Assembly (NCBI GenBank): GCA_964355745.1
Contig: CAYHEN010000001.1
Coordinates: 17 to 64,016, forward strand
Reading direction: 5' to 3'
DNA length: 64,000 bases
Source of the DNA: Candidatus Woesearchaeota archaeon
GTDB taxonomy: Archaea; Nanobdellota; Nanobdellia; Pacearchaeales; GW2011-AR1
Every line of letters starts with the position of its first letter. Position 1 is the stretch's first letter. This document shows, one piece after another, positions 10,724 through 19,464 of the stretch. The position numbers and the translations under genes are program-made. The notes beneath the pieces are model-generated. The model did no database searches. It was not told where the DNA came from and saw nothing but the letters and a program-made list of their open reading frames with translations.

Positions 10724-12133
10724 TTATTCTTCAGATTTGGAATTTTTTATTTTTTTAATTGTGTCTGTTGTTGACAATTCTGAAAGCCCCTTAGGAAGAT
10801 ATATTTCCCCGTTGTAACTTTCTACAATTCTTCTTTCTTCCTGATTTATCGTATCTATCGTATAATCTCCTGATTTAAGATAGACATGGGGTTGTAATCT
10901 TTTTAGATATTCTGCTGCTTTCCCAAAAGGAAATATTGTTACATAATCCACAAAGCCCATTCCAGATAAAATTTCTGCTCTCTGTTCTTCATTATAAACA
11001 GGCCTCCCAGGACCTTTTAGTTTTCTAACAGATTCATCTGAATCCAAACCAACAATTAAAACATCCCCCCTTTTTCTGGCCTGTTCAAGAGAATATTTAT
11101 GTCCTGCATGAAATAAATCGAAACATCCATTTGTCCAAACAATTCTTCTCTGTTCTCTCTTTAATTCTCTCACTATCTCAGATAATTCATCAAGAGTTTT
11201 TAGTTTTCTTTCTTCTCCAGAAATTGCTTTTTCTAATTCCCATAATTTAACCTGGTAAGTCCCAACCTTACTCACTGAAATTCCTGCTGCATGATTTGCC
11301 AGAATTACTGCCTCTTCAAGAGAAGCTCCTGAAGCTAAAGATAAACAAATTGCTGCATTTGCAGTATCTCCTGCTCCTGCAACATCGTATACCTCTCTTG
11401 AAGATGTAGGTATCTCAACTTCATTATCTGAAAATAATGCCATTCCCTTTTCTCCGCGAGTAATAAGAACATTACAATTCAACATTTTTTGTAAATCTCT
11501 TCCTGCAGAATGAATCTCTCTCTGATTAGACATCTCTAAGGCTTCTTTTTCATTTGGAGTAATTAAAAAAGAATTTTTGTAGAAAGATATATTCTGTGGT
11601 TTAGGATCAACTACAATTTTTTTTCCAAGAGAGTTTAAAAAATCCATCAAATCTCCTGTTATTGTTCCTTTCGCATAATCTGAAATTAATATTAAATCTG
11701 AATTTCCAATTTCTCTTTTCATTGTTTCTAAAGTATCAGGACTAAAAATTTTTAGAGAATTCTCTTCATAATCTATTCTTAAAAGTTGCTGATTTCTACT
11801 CCTCACCCTTATTTTTAAGGTAGTAAGAGCATTCTTATCCAAAAAATATTCTATTCCTCTCTTTCCTAATATTTCTGATAGAACATTTGCATTATTATCT
11901 CTTCCAGCAAACCCAAACAAAGAAACATTTCCTCCAAGTGAGGCAAGATTTGCTGCAGTATTTGCTGCTCCTCCAGGCTCATAAAGTTCCTCTTTAACAT
12001 TAACTATCTGGATTGGCGCTTCAGGGGAGATTCTTGAAACCTCGCCTATAATGGTCTTGTCAAGCATAACATCTCCAATAACAGTTATCTTTCTCTTAGA
12101 AAAGCCCTTTAAGATTTCTAATAACCTTTCCAT
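10724..12133 (-). CDS. hldE: Bifunctional heptose-7-phosphate kinase / heptose-1-phosphate nucleotidyltransferase
   Basis: GDVMLD, RISPEAP, GGAAN, SDYAKG, DVAGAGDT (PfkB kinase), then TNGCFDLFHAGH...STT (HxGH transferase). Confidence 0.95.
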   Translation of the reverse strand: MERLLEILKGFSKRKITVIGDVMLDKTIIGEVSRISPEAPIQIVNVKEELYEPGGAANTAANLASLGGNVSLFGFAGRDNNANVLSEILGKRGIEYFLDKNALTTLKIRVRSRNQQLLRIDYEENSLKIFSPDTLETMKREIGNSDLILISDYAKGTITGDLMDFLNSLGKKIVVDPKPQNISFYKNSFLITPNEKEALEMSNQREIHSAGRDLQKMLNCNVLITRGEKGMALFSDNEVEIPTSSREVYDVAGAGDTANAAICLSLASGASLEEAVILANHAAGISVSKVGTYQVKLWELEKAISGEERKLKTLDELSEIVRELKREQRRIVWTNGCFDLFHAGHKYSLEQARKRGDVLIVGLDSDESVRKLKGPGRPVYNEEQRAEILSGMGFVDYVTIFPFGKAAEYLKRLQPHVYLKSGDYTIDTINQEERRIVESYNGEIYLPKGLSELSTTDTIKKIKNSKSEE

Positions 12134-12204
12134 TAATTTTTCTACAAAATCCAGTATAAAAAGATTATTATCTAAAGATATATATTTGAGATTATTTTGT
12201 AGTT

Positions 12205-13593
12205 TTAATCAAGGAAAGAGGACAAAGCCTCCTCATATAACCCTTCCACATAATCCAATTGTTCAAGTTCTTCTAAAGAAACCCACCTAAACTCTTCTGC
12301 TTCTTCATTTATCTTTACATCTCCTTTTTTTACATTTACAAGATAACATTTTCCTAATACCCTTTCCCCATTTTCCCAAGAATAAGAATAATCTGAAATC
12401 TTTTTTATTATTTGATTAAGTTCAAGATTAGTTTCTTCTTTTATCTCTCTTCTTAATGCTTCTTCAAGGGTCTCATTGTCTTCTACAACTCCTCCAGGAA
12501 AAGCCCATTTCTTCTTATGAATCCCTTCGTTTCTTTTAACTATCAAAATTTTTTCATTATCTTTTATAATAGCATTAACAACTCTCTTTGTCTTTTGAGA
12601 ATTTTCCAAGGCATTTAAAACTTCATCAGCAGAAATACTCTTTACCAATTCCTTGTCATATTCGTTCATTTTTTCTGGAAAAAAATCATATAATCTTGGG
12701 GAAATTATTTTTTTTAATAATCCATAATCCTCAATTTCATTTGGAGATGTGCAAAAAAATAATCCTATTGTTGGTTTTTTAAGAGCTAAGGAAACATGCA
12801 AAGAAGTACTATCTGAACAAACCATTTTGGTACATAAATTTACTAATGACGCAAATTCTTTCAAAGTATTATTAGGATTATTTCTATAAACTTTAATTCC
12901 TTTTTCTTCTAAGTCCTTGGAGAATTTCTCATGTATATCTATTTCATCCGGCCCCCCAAACAATAATATTTCACATCCTCTTTGTTTAGCCTTCTCAATA
13001 AATTCTTTAATATTTTCTAAATCCCATACTTTAGAAGGCCATCTAGTAGAAGCACCCATATGTATTCCTATTAATTTTTTTGTATTAATGTTATTTTTAT
13101 TTACAAAATCTTCTGCATATTTTATATTCCTTTCAGTTAAATAAAGGGGGTGATGTTGTTTTTTATAAGGAAGTTCTGCTGCTTCAAACATCATTTGCTG
13201 ATAAGTTTTGGTATTTATTTTTTTTAATTTATCATCAAAAAGAGTATTAAGATAATATTCTGCAGGAAAATTAAATGCGGCCGGATATCCCCCTTCTGAA
13301 AAAAATCCATATTTTTCTTTTGCTTTTATCTCCTCTGCTAATTTTGTTGCATCTTCTTCTATATCAAAATTTAATAAAATATCAAATTCTTCTAAAAATT
13401 CTTTTAAATTAAGGGGAATTGTTAAAATTTTGTTTATATAAGGACTCATTTCTAAAATTTCTCTAGATGGGGGTTTTGTAATCCAACTTATCTCAGAATC
13501 AGAATATTTCTCTTTTATCGCTATTAATGAAGGAAGTGTTCTGATTACATCTCCTTTTGCTCCAAGTTTTATTACCAATATCTTCTTTACCAC
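12205..13593 (-). CDS. GT9 (heptosyltransferase-like) fused to a C-terminal Nudix hydrolase
   Basis: IKLGAKGDV, WPSKVW, DSTSLH (GT9); C-terminal GGVVEDNETLEEALRREIKEETNL is an intact Nudix box. Confidence 0.88.
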   Translation of the reverse strand: MVKKILVIKLGAKGDVIRTLPSLIAIKEKYSDSEISWITKPPSREILEMSPYINKILTIPLNLKEFLEEFDILLNFDIEEDATKLAEEIKAKEKYGFFSEGGYPAAFNFPAEYYLNTLFDDKLKKINTKTYQQMMFEAAELPYKKQHHPLYLTERNIKYAEDFVNKNNINTKKLIGIHMGASTRWPSKVWDLENIKEFIEKAKQRGCEILLFGGPDEIDIHEKFSKDLEEKGIKVYRNNPNNTLKEFASLVNLCTKMVCSDSTSLHVSLALKKPTIGLFFCTSPNEIEDYGLLKKIISPRLYDFFPEKMNEYDKELVKSISADEVLNALENSQKTKRVVNAIIKDNEKILIVKRNEGIHKKKWAFPGGVVEDNETLEEALRREIKEETNLELNQIIKKISDYSYSWENGERVLGKCYLVNVKKGDVKINEEAEEFRWVSLEELEQLDYVEGLYEEALSSFLD

Positions 13594-13655
13594 AGTTAAA
13601 TTTAAAACTAAAAAGCCTATTTAAAATCTATTAAGATAAATTATATAAAAATGAT

Positions 13656-14075
13656 ATGAAAGTTTATATTGCCGGAAAATTAGGAACAGAAAGTGAGAAG
13701 AAACAGCTGGAAGAAATAGCAGAGATATGCAATTCTCTTGATATTAAAACTTTTTTGCCTCATAAAGATATAGGAATTTGCAAGGATGTTAAAGATGTGG
13801 GTGATATATTTAAAGGAGATATAATCGAAGGACTCAGAAATTGTGATTTAGTAATCGCCTTGCTTGATGGACTTCATGTTGGGGCAGGAACTGCTTGGGA
13901 ACTCGGTTATGCTTATGCTAAAGGAATTCCTACTATTGGCGTAAAGACAGACGAAGAAATTGAAGATGCAATTGAATATTTAAGTGCAATTTTAATAGCA
14001 TCAACACCAATTGTTAAATCTTTGAATGAATTAAAGGAAAAATTAAAAGAATTCAAAAATAAAAAATTAATCTAA
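13656..14075 (+). CDS. Nucleoside 2-deoxyribosyltransferase / nucleotide N-hydrolase family protein
   Basis: VYIAG, FLPH, D...LDG...GTAWELGYAYA. Confidence 0.85.
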   Translation: MKVYIAGKLGTESEKKQLEEIAEICNSLDIKTFLPHKDIGICKDVKDVGDIFKGDIIEGLRNCDLVIALLDGLHVGAGTAWELGYAYAKGIPTIGVKTDEEIEDAIEYLSAILIASTPIVKSLNELKEKLKEFKNKKLI

Positions 14076-14972
14076 TGGGCTAGTTGATTTTATTTCTATT
14101 TCTCTCCAACCATCAGAATACACTTTTTCATCATTCATATCTTTAAACGCTTTATTATAAATTTTATATCTTGCTTTTAAAAGATTTAATGTCCATGAGA
14201 ATTCTTTAAAATTTTTAGGATAAAAGATAGTATGAAAAAAACCATATTTAATTTCATTCCAAAAAGTTTTTGTTCTTGGCATTTCTGGAAATAATTTGCT
14301 GAGATTCTCGTGTCCTTTTATATTTCTTAATTTCTGATTTTCCCAATCTTTTATATTATCTGGATTTTTTACATAAACTTCTACATTAGAAAGATACTTT
14401 ATTTTGTATCCTTTTTGCCAGAATAAATATGGGATTACAGAATCTTCTGAAACATCAAGCGGAAAATCCTGGATTACTCCTTTGCGTATTGCAAATAAAT
14501 ATCCAGAACATTCAAAGAATTTTTTCTCATTAGATAATTTTTCCCTAATCCTATGAATTCCTGAAAGTAATAAATGGGACCAATAACCAAATTGAGTATT
14601 TCTCTTATCAACAGGAATTGGTTTTCCTGTGACACAACCGATTTCTTTGTTTTTGAAAGCAGTTGAAATTTCATTAATCGCATTATCTGAAACATAAACA
14701 TCTCCGTCTGTAAGAATGAATATATCTTCTTTCTTATCTGATTTCAATTTTTTAAACAATAGATTAAGAGCATAACTTTTTCCCTCTCCAGGATCCAGAA
14801 AAAATCCTACTCTTTTATCTTTTATTTCTTTTTTTATAAACTCCCTAACCTCTTCAAATGGATCGCAGATAATTATTCTAAACTCTTCTTGTGTATTTTG
14901 ATTTAAGAAAGCGTTAACTGCTCTTAAAGTGGATTTGGGTTCATTATAAGAGGTTACGATTATATCTATCAT
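14067..14972 (-). CDS. GT2 glycosyltransferase
   Basis: IIVTSYNE, GKSYALN, TDGD, SED. Likely start ATG 14972. Confidence 0.85.
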   Translation of the reverse strand: MIDIIVTSYNEPKSTLRAVNAFLNQNTQEEFRIIICDPFEEVREFIKKEIKDKRVGFFLDPGEGKSYALNLLFKKLKSDKKEDIFILTDGDVYVSDNAINEISTAFKNKEIGCVTGKPIPVDKRNTQFGYWSHLLLSGIHRIREKLSNEKKFFECSGYLFAIRKGVIQDFPLDVSEDSVIPYLFWQKGYKIKYLSNVEVYVKNPDNIKDWENQKLRNIKGHENLSKLFPEMPRTKTFWNEIKYGFFHTIFYPKNFKEFSWTLNLLKARYKIYNKAFKDMNDEKVYSDGWREIEIKSTSPLD

Positions 14973-14976
14973 TTTA

Positions 14977-15171
14977 TTAAACAGAATCAAAGGGGTAATC
15001 TTCTGGACGTATGAGGACTATTTTCTCTTGTTTTGGAGAAAGTGCAACAATTCTTACTTTTCTCATACCATGTTTTCCTATATCAGATATTTCTAGTTCT
15101 TCTATAGTATATTGTTGGCTTGCTAAAATTATTTTGTCTCCCTTTTTTAACTGCCTTGCGGGTTTTTTCAT
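14977..15171 (-). CDS. Mini aIF5A/eIF5A-like protein (N-terminal SH3-like domain only)
   Basis: 64 aa; ARQLKKGDKI...SDIGKHGMRKVRIVA matches the IF5A N-domain with its GKHG loop. No C-terminal OB domain. Confidence 0.65.
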   Translation of the reverse strand: MKKPARQLKKGDKIILASQQYTIEELEISDIGKHGMRKVRIVALSPKQEKIVLIRPEDYPFDSV

Positions 15172-15221
15172 AAAATAATCCCATAAAACAAATTTATAAA
15201 GATTACCTAAATCAAATAGTT

Positions 15222-15935
15222 ATGAAACATGCTTTAGTATTATGCTCTGGAGGATTGGACAGTGTTGTAACTGCACATTATGTAAAAAAAAGATTAAATT
15301 GCTCAGATGTTAAGATAATTTTTTTTAATTATAATCAAAAGAGCCTTGTTCAGGAAAGAAATTGCTCTAAAAAATGTGCCAAAGAGATTTCTGCAGAATT
15401 TATTGAAATAGATGTAAGATGGCTGGGAAATATTACAAGAAATTTGGGTAATAAGCCAAAAAAAATTACGAGAAAAAAATTAAAAGATAGTTCTGAAGAG
15501 TCTAAGAAGTTATATGTCCCATGCAGGAATATTATCTTTCTTGTTTATTCTCTCGCATTTGCAGAGTCTTTATATATTAAAAGGAAGAAAAAGTATGACT
15601 TATTTGTAGGATTCAAGAACGAAGGAAAAGAAGCATATCCAGATACAACCCCTAAGTTTGTAAATGAAATGAATAGATTAAGCAAAATAGGTTGCTATAA
15701 AGATTTTCAAATTAAAGCCCCATTAATAAAAAAAGACAAAGAAGATATTATAAGACTTGGAGCCCAACTCAGAGTTAATCTAAAAAATACATTCAGCTGT
15801 TATAACAGCATTGGGGGGAAGCATTGTGGTTACTGCTTATCCTGCAGATTAAGGCAGGAGGGGTTTTATTGGGCAGATATAAAAGACCCTACACACTATA
15901 AGGTAAAAATGAAAGATTTTAGAAAATCTAATTAA
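15222..15935 (+). CDS. queC: 7-cyano-7-deazaguanine synthase
   Basis: SGGLDS PP-loop, YVPCRN, YPD, and SCY...HCGYCLSCRLR Zn site. Confidence 0.88.
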   Translation: MKHALVLCSGGLDSVVTAHYVKKRLNCSDVKIIFFNYNQKSLVQERNCSKKCAKEISAEFIEIDVRWLGNITRNLGNKPKKITRKKLKDSSEESKKLYVPCRNIIFLVYSLAFAESLYIKRKKKYDLFVGFKNEGKEAYPDTTPKFVNEMNRLSKIGCYKDFQIKAPLIKKDKEDIIRLGAQLRVNLKNTFSCYNSIGGKHCGYCLSCRLRQEGFYWADIKDPTHYKVKMKDFRKSN

Positions 15936-17470
15936 ACTCTGTATCTAATCTTATCATACCATATTTTGAAATTTACAGGGGTGGAATGATAGAGGGGTTT
16001 TAGTATTTTTTCTCTTAATAAATCCATTATCTCAACGAATTTTAAGGCTATTTTAGTCATAAAAGGATTTTTTATATTCTTCTCAACTCTCTTGGAAAAT
16101 AAGAGCCAATTAATTAAAAAAGAAGGCATAAATCCAAATCTTTTTTCTGTAACAGAACCTCTCATTAAATTCAGAATTAAAACAAGATATGCATTTTTCT
16201 CTTTTAATTTAATATGCTTTGCTCTATCCCAGTAATTTAATTTGTAAGCAGCATCTTTTTCTGATTTTATTGTTCCATCTGTAACTGCTCTTCTGTATAA
16301 CTGCGAGCCAGGGAAAAAAACAAGGTTGTTTATAGAAAGATAATAGGGTTTGGGAAGTTTTTGCAAAAGACGGATCAGGCTGATTACATCTTCTTGTTTT
16401 TCATATGGATTGCAAGTAATAACATCGTACATCACTGCTAATTTTTCTTTGTATTTGTTTAATATTTCGGCTGCTTTCAAGACATCATTATCTGTCTGAT
16501 TTCTATGATATATATCTAAATTTGTTCTCTCGCTTCCCTGTATCCCTATAATGATATCTGTGCATCCTGCATCAACTAGTAATTTTATTTTTTCATCAGA
16601 AACTGTATGGGGGTCTGCCAAACATTTGAATCTCATCTTGACATTTTCTTTGTAAAGTCTGCAGAATTTTTTTATGTCTTCTAAAGCCCTTAAAGAAAAG
16701 GTATCATCTCTTATATCAAAATAACCAAGCGTTGTAGGGAATTTTTTTTTCAATTCTAGAATTCCTTTTATGATATATTCTGGAGAATGCCACCTTAAAA
16801 TAGATTTTCTCTTCCCTTCATAGAGCTTGTTGAAAAAGGAATTGCTGCAATAGTCACATCCATAAGGACAGCCTCTTCCTGTTAAAAAAAAGATTTGTCC
16901 TGCTAAATCATACTCTCTGAACTTTCTTATTCTTCCCTTATCAAGAATATAATGATTTTCTATATCATAATCTGGAAGAGGCAGAGAATCTAAGTCATTT
17001 ATAAGATTCCTAACAGGGTTTTTTATTATTTTATCACTTTTTCTTATCCAAAGATTTTTTATTTTTTCGAAGTTTTTTATTTTTTCTACGGCTTTTGCTA
17101 AATCTACTATTGCTTCTTCCCCTTCTCCAACACAAACAATATCTGCAACCTTTATACAATCTTCTGGCGAGATTGTCGCATGAACGCCCCCATATATTAT
17201 TGGAACATCTAAATTTTTTTTCAAAAAAGAAATTATTCTTGAAGCTCTTTGCGATGTTGAAGCGAAAGAGTTTATTCCAATCAATCTGCTATCCTTACAA
17301 AGTCCCAATAACTGAATCAATTCTGAAGAAGTGTAATTCTTTGAGTAATCTTCGCTAAGAGCCATAAAAACAATTTTAACTTCATGCCCTTCTTTTTTTA
17401 AAACACTTGATATTGTTCTTATTCCCTGATCAGAAGGAAAAGTCGAAGTGGATATGAGCGTTATCTTCAT
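15932..17470 (-). CDS. B12-binding radical SAM enzyme
   Basis: GGVHAT, GEGE; GRGCPYGCDYC. Confidence 0.9.
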   Translation of the reverse strand: MKITLISTSTFPSDQGIRTISSVLKKEGHEVKIVFMALSEDYSKNYTSSELIQLLGLCKDSRLIGINSFASTSQRASRIISFLKKNLDVPIIYGGVHATISPEDCIKVADIVCVGEGEEAIVDLAKAVEKIKNFEKIKNLWIRKSDKIIKNPVRNLINDLDSLPLPDYDIENHYILDKGRIRKFREYDLAGQIFFLTGRGCPYGCDYCSNSFFNKLYEGKRKSILRWHSPEYIIKGILELKKKFPTTLGYFDIRDDTFSLRALEDIKKFCRLYKENVKMRFKCLADPHTVSDEKIKLLVDAGCTDIIIGIQGSERTNLDIYHRNQTDNDVLKAAEILNKYKEKLAVMYDVITCNPYEKQEDVISLIRLLQKLPKPYYLSINNLVFFPGSQLYRRAVTDGTIKSEKDAAYKLNYWDRAKHIKLKEKNAYLVLILNLMRGSVTEKRFGFMPSFLINWLLFSKRVEKNIKNPFMTKIALKFVEIMDLLREKILKPLYHSTPVNFKIWYDKIRYRV

Positions 17471-17587
17471 AAAAAACCTTAGAGAAAACTATTTTTAAGG
17501 CTTATGTAACTCAATTCAATGTATATTTTGAAAGAATATAGTTTTCTTATATAAATGCTTTAAAGACTGAAAAGAGGGAAGTAGATA

Positions 17588-19462
17588 ATGAAAGCATTGA
17601 TATTAGCAGGAGGAAGGGGGAGCAGATTAAACGAATTCACAAAAGACAAAAACAAGAGCATGATTCCTCTTCTTGAAAAGCCTATAATAGAATATAATTT
17701 AGAGCACGCAGTTGAAGCAGAAGTCAGCGAGATTATAATTGTTATAGGATATAAGGGGAAAGAAATTAAGAAATATATCGGAGAGGAATACAGAGGAATT
17801 CCTGTGAGATATGCTACACAAAAAGAACAGAGAGGACTTGTTCATGCAATCGAATGTGCTAAAGAAGCCATTGGAAATTCTGATTTTTTTCTGATGCTGG
17901 CAGATGAGATTATTCCAAAAGCAAGAATAAAAGACATGGTTAAGAAATTCAAGAAAGAAGAATTATTTGCTGTTTGTGGTGTGGTTTATGAAAGCGATAA
18001 ATTAAGCATAGGAAAGACTTATTCTGCAATGACAAATGAAAGAGGAAGAACTTTTAGATTAATAGAAAAACCAAAAGGGGTCATAAATAAAATTAAAGGG
18101 ACAGGACATTGCATTTTGAAAAATGAAATGCTCGGATATATTGATAGAACTCCGATAAATGCTAACAGAGGGGAAAAAGAATTAGTTGATTGGATTCAGG
18201 TTGCTATTGACGATGGAAAAAAAGTCTATGTCTATCCTATAAACAAAAGCGGATATGTAAATATTAATACAAAAGAGGATTATGAATTGGCAAAAGAATT
18301 GATAAGAAAATCAAATCTAAAAGTTTTGATTGTTCACACGCAGATGAAATATCTTGGAGGAGCAGAATTGCTTATTACTGAACTGGCTAATTGGATGACA
18401 AAAAAGGGAATTAAGAATGATATCCTTGCTCTGTCAAAATCAGGAGAAGCTGAGAGGAATCTGATAAATACAAAAATAATCATTCCAAGGCACAATATTA
18501 ACTTACAACCGCCGGGATTCAAAACAACAAAAGAGATAATAGAATTTATCAGAGTTTATAGAAGAGAGTTAAGAAAGATAATAAAAAATTATGATGTAAT
18601 TAATTTTCATAATTTTCCTGTTACATGGACTTTATCTCCAAGAAAAAAGCCCTGCGTTTGGATGTTGAATGAACCTCCAAATTTATGGAGCAAACCAAAA
18701 GCAAATTTTATTTTAAAGATATTAAACAAAATAAGAAACAGAATAGACAAGGAGATTGTTAAAAATTCTATTGACATCATTTGTGTGGCAGATGAGTTCA
18801 ATAAAGAAAGGACAGAAGAGAGGTATAGGAAAAAGGTAAGAATTGTTTATTATGGGGTTAATCATGAATTTTTTTCTAAAGGAAATGCGAATAATGCTAT
18901 AAAAAAATTTAATCTAAAAAACAAGTTTGTTGTTATTCAGTCAGGCATGATAATTGATACTAAAAACCAGTTAGAAAGTGTAAAGATAATAAATAAAATC
19001 AAGGAGAAAATTCCTTCTGTTCTTTTAGTCTTAGCAGGAAAAATTGCAGATGAAGCATACAAAAAGAAAATAGACAACCATATACAAGAAAATAAGCTTG
19101 AAAAAAATATCTTATTTACTGGAAATTTAAACAGAGAAGAATTAAGAGATTTATACAAGGCTTCAGATATCGGATTATTTCCTGTTGGCAGGCAGGGAGG
19201 GGGGCTTGCGCCCTTTGAAATGCTATGTGCAGGAGTGCCAATAATTGTATCAGAAGATATAGGTGCTGCTTCTATAATAAAAAAATTTGATTTAGGGATA
19301 GCAACAAAAGATTATGCAAATTCTTTATTGGAGATTCATAAAAATAAAAAGCAATATAAAAAGCAGGCAAAAATAGCCTCTGAATTTATCCAAAAAAATT
19401 TGGGCTGGAATGTTTTCAGCGATAAAATGATAAAGGCATTTGAAGATGCAATGAGAAGATAA
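17588..19462 (+). CDS. Sugar-1-phosphate nucleotidyltransferase fused to GT4 glycosyltransferase
   Basis: LAGGRGSRL...EKP (RmlA-like, about aa 1-240), then GGAE...FEMLCAGVPII (GT4). Confidence 0.88.
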   Translation: MKALILAGGRGSRLNEFTKDKNKSMIPLLEKPIIEYNLEHAVEAEVSEIIIVIGYKGKEIKKYIGEEYRGIPVRYATQKEQRGLVHAIECAKEAIGNSDFFLMLADEIIPKARIKDMVKKFKKEELFAVCGVVYESDKLSIGKTYSAMTNERGRTFRLIEKPKGVINKIKGTGHCILKNEMLGYIDRTPINANRGEKELVDWIQVAIDDGKKVYVYPINKSGYVNINTKEDYELAKELIRKSNLKVLIVHTQMKYLGGAELLITELANWMTKKGIKNDILALSKSGEAERNLINTKIIIPRHNINLQPPGFKTTKEIIEFIRVYRRELRKIIKNYDVINFHNFPVTWTLSPRKKPCVWMLNEPPNLWSKPKANFILKILNKIRNRIDKEIVKNSIDIICVADEFNKERTEERYRKKVRIVYYGVNHEFFSKGNANNAIKKFNLKNKFVVIQSGMIIDTKNQLESVKIINKIKEKIPSVLLVLAGKIADEAYKKKIDNHIQENKLEKNILFTGNLNREELRDLYKASDIGLFPVGRQGGGLAPFEMLCAGVPIIVSEDIGAASIIKKFDLGIATKDYANSLLEIHKNKKQYKKQAKIASEFIQKNLGWNVFSDKMIKAFEDAMRR

Positions 19463-19464
19463 CT

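Noticed and set aside
9662..15171. DHS-like protein plus mini-aIF5A as a dedicated hypusination pair
   Set aside because: The DHS-like ORF lacks the EAxSWGK catalytic-Lys motif, is coupled to hldE/gmhB, and lies more than 4 kb from the mini-aIF5A in another transcription unit.
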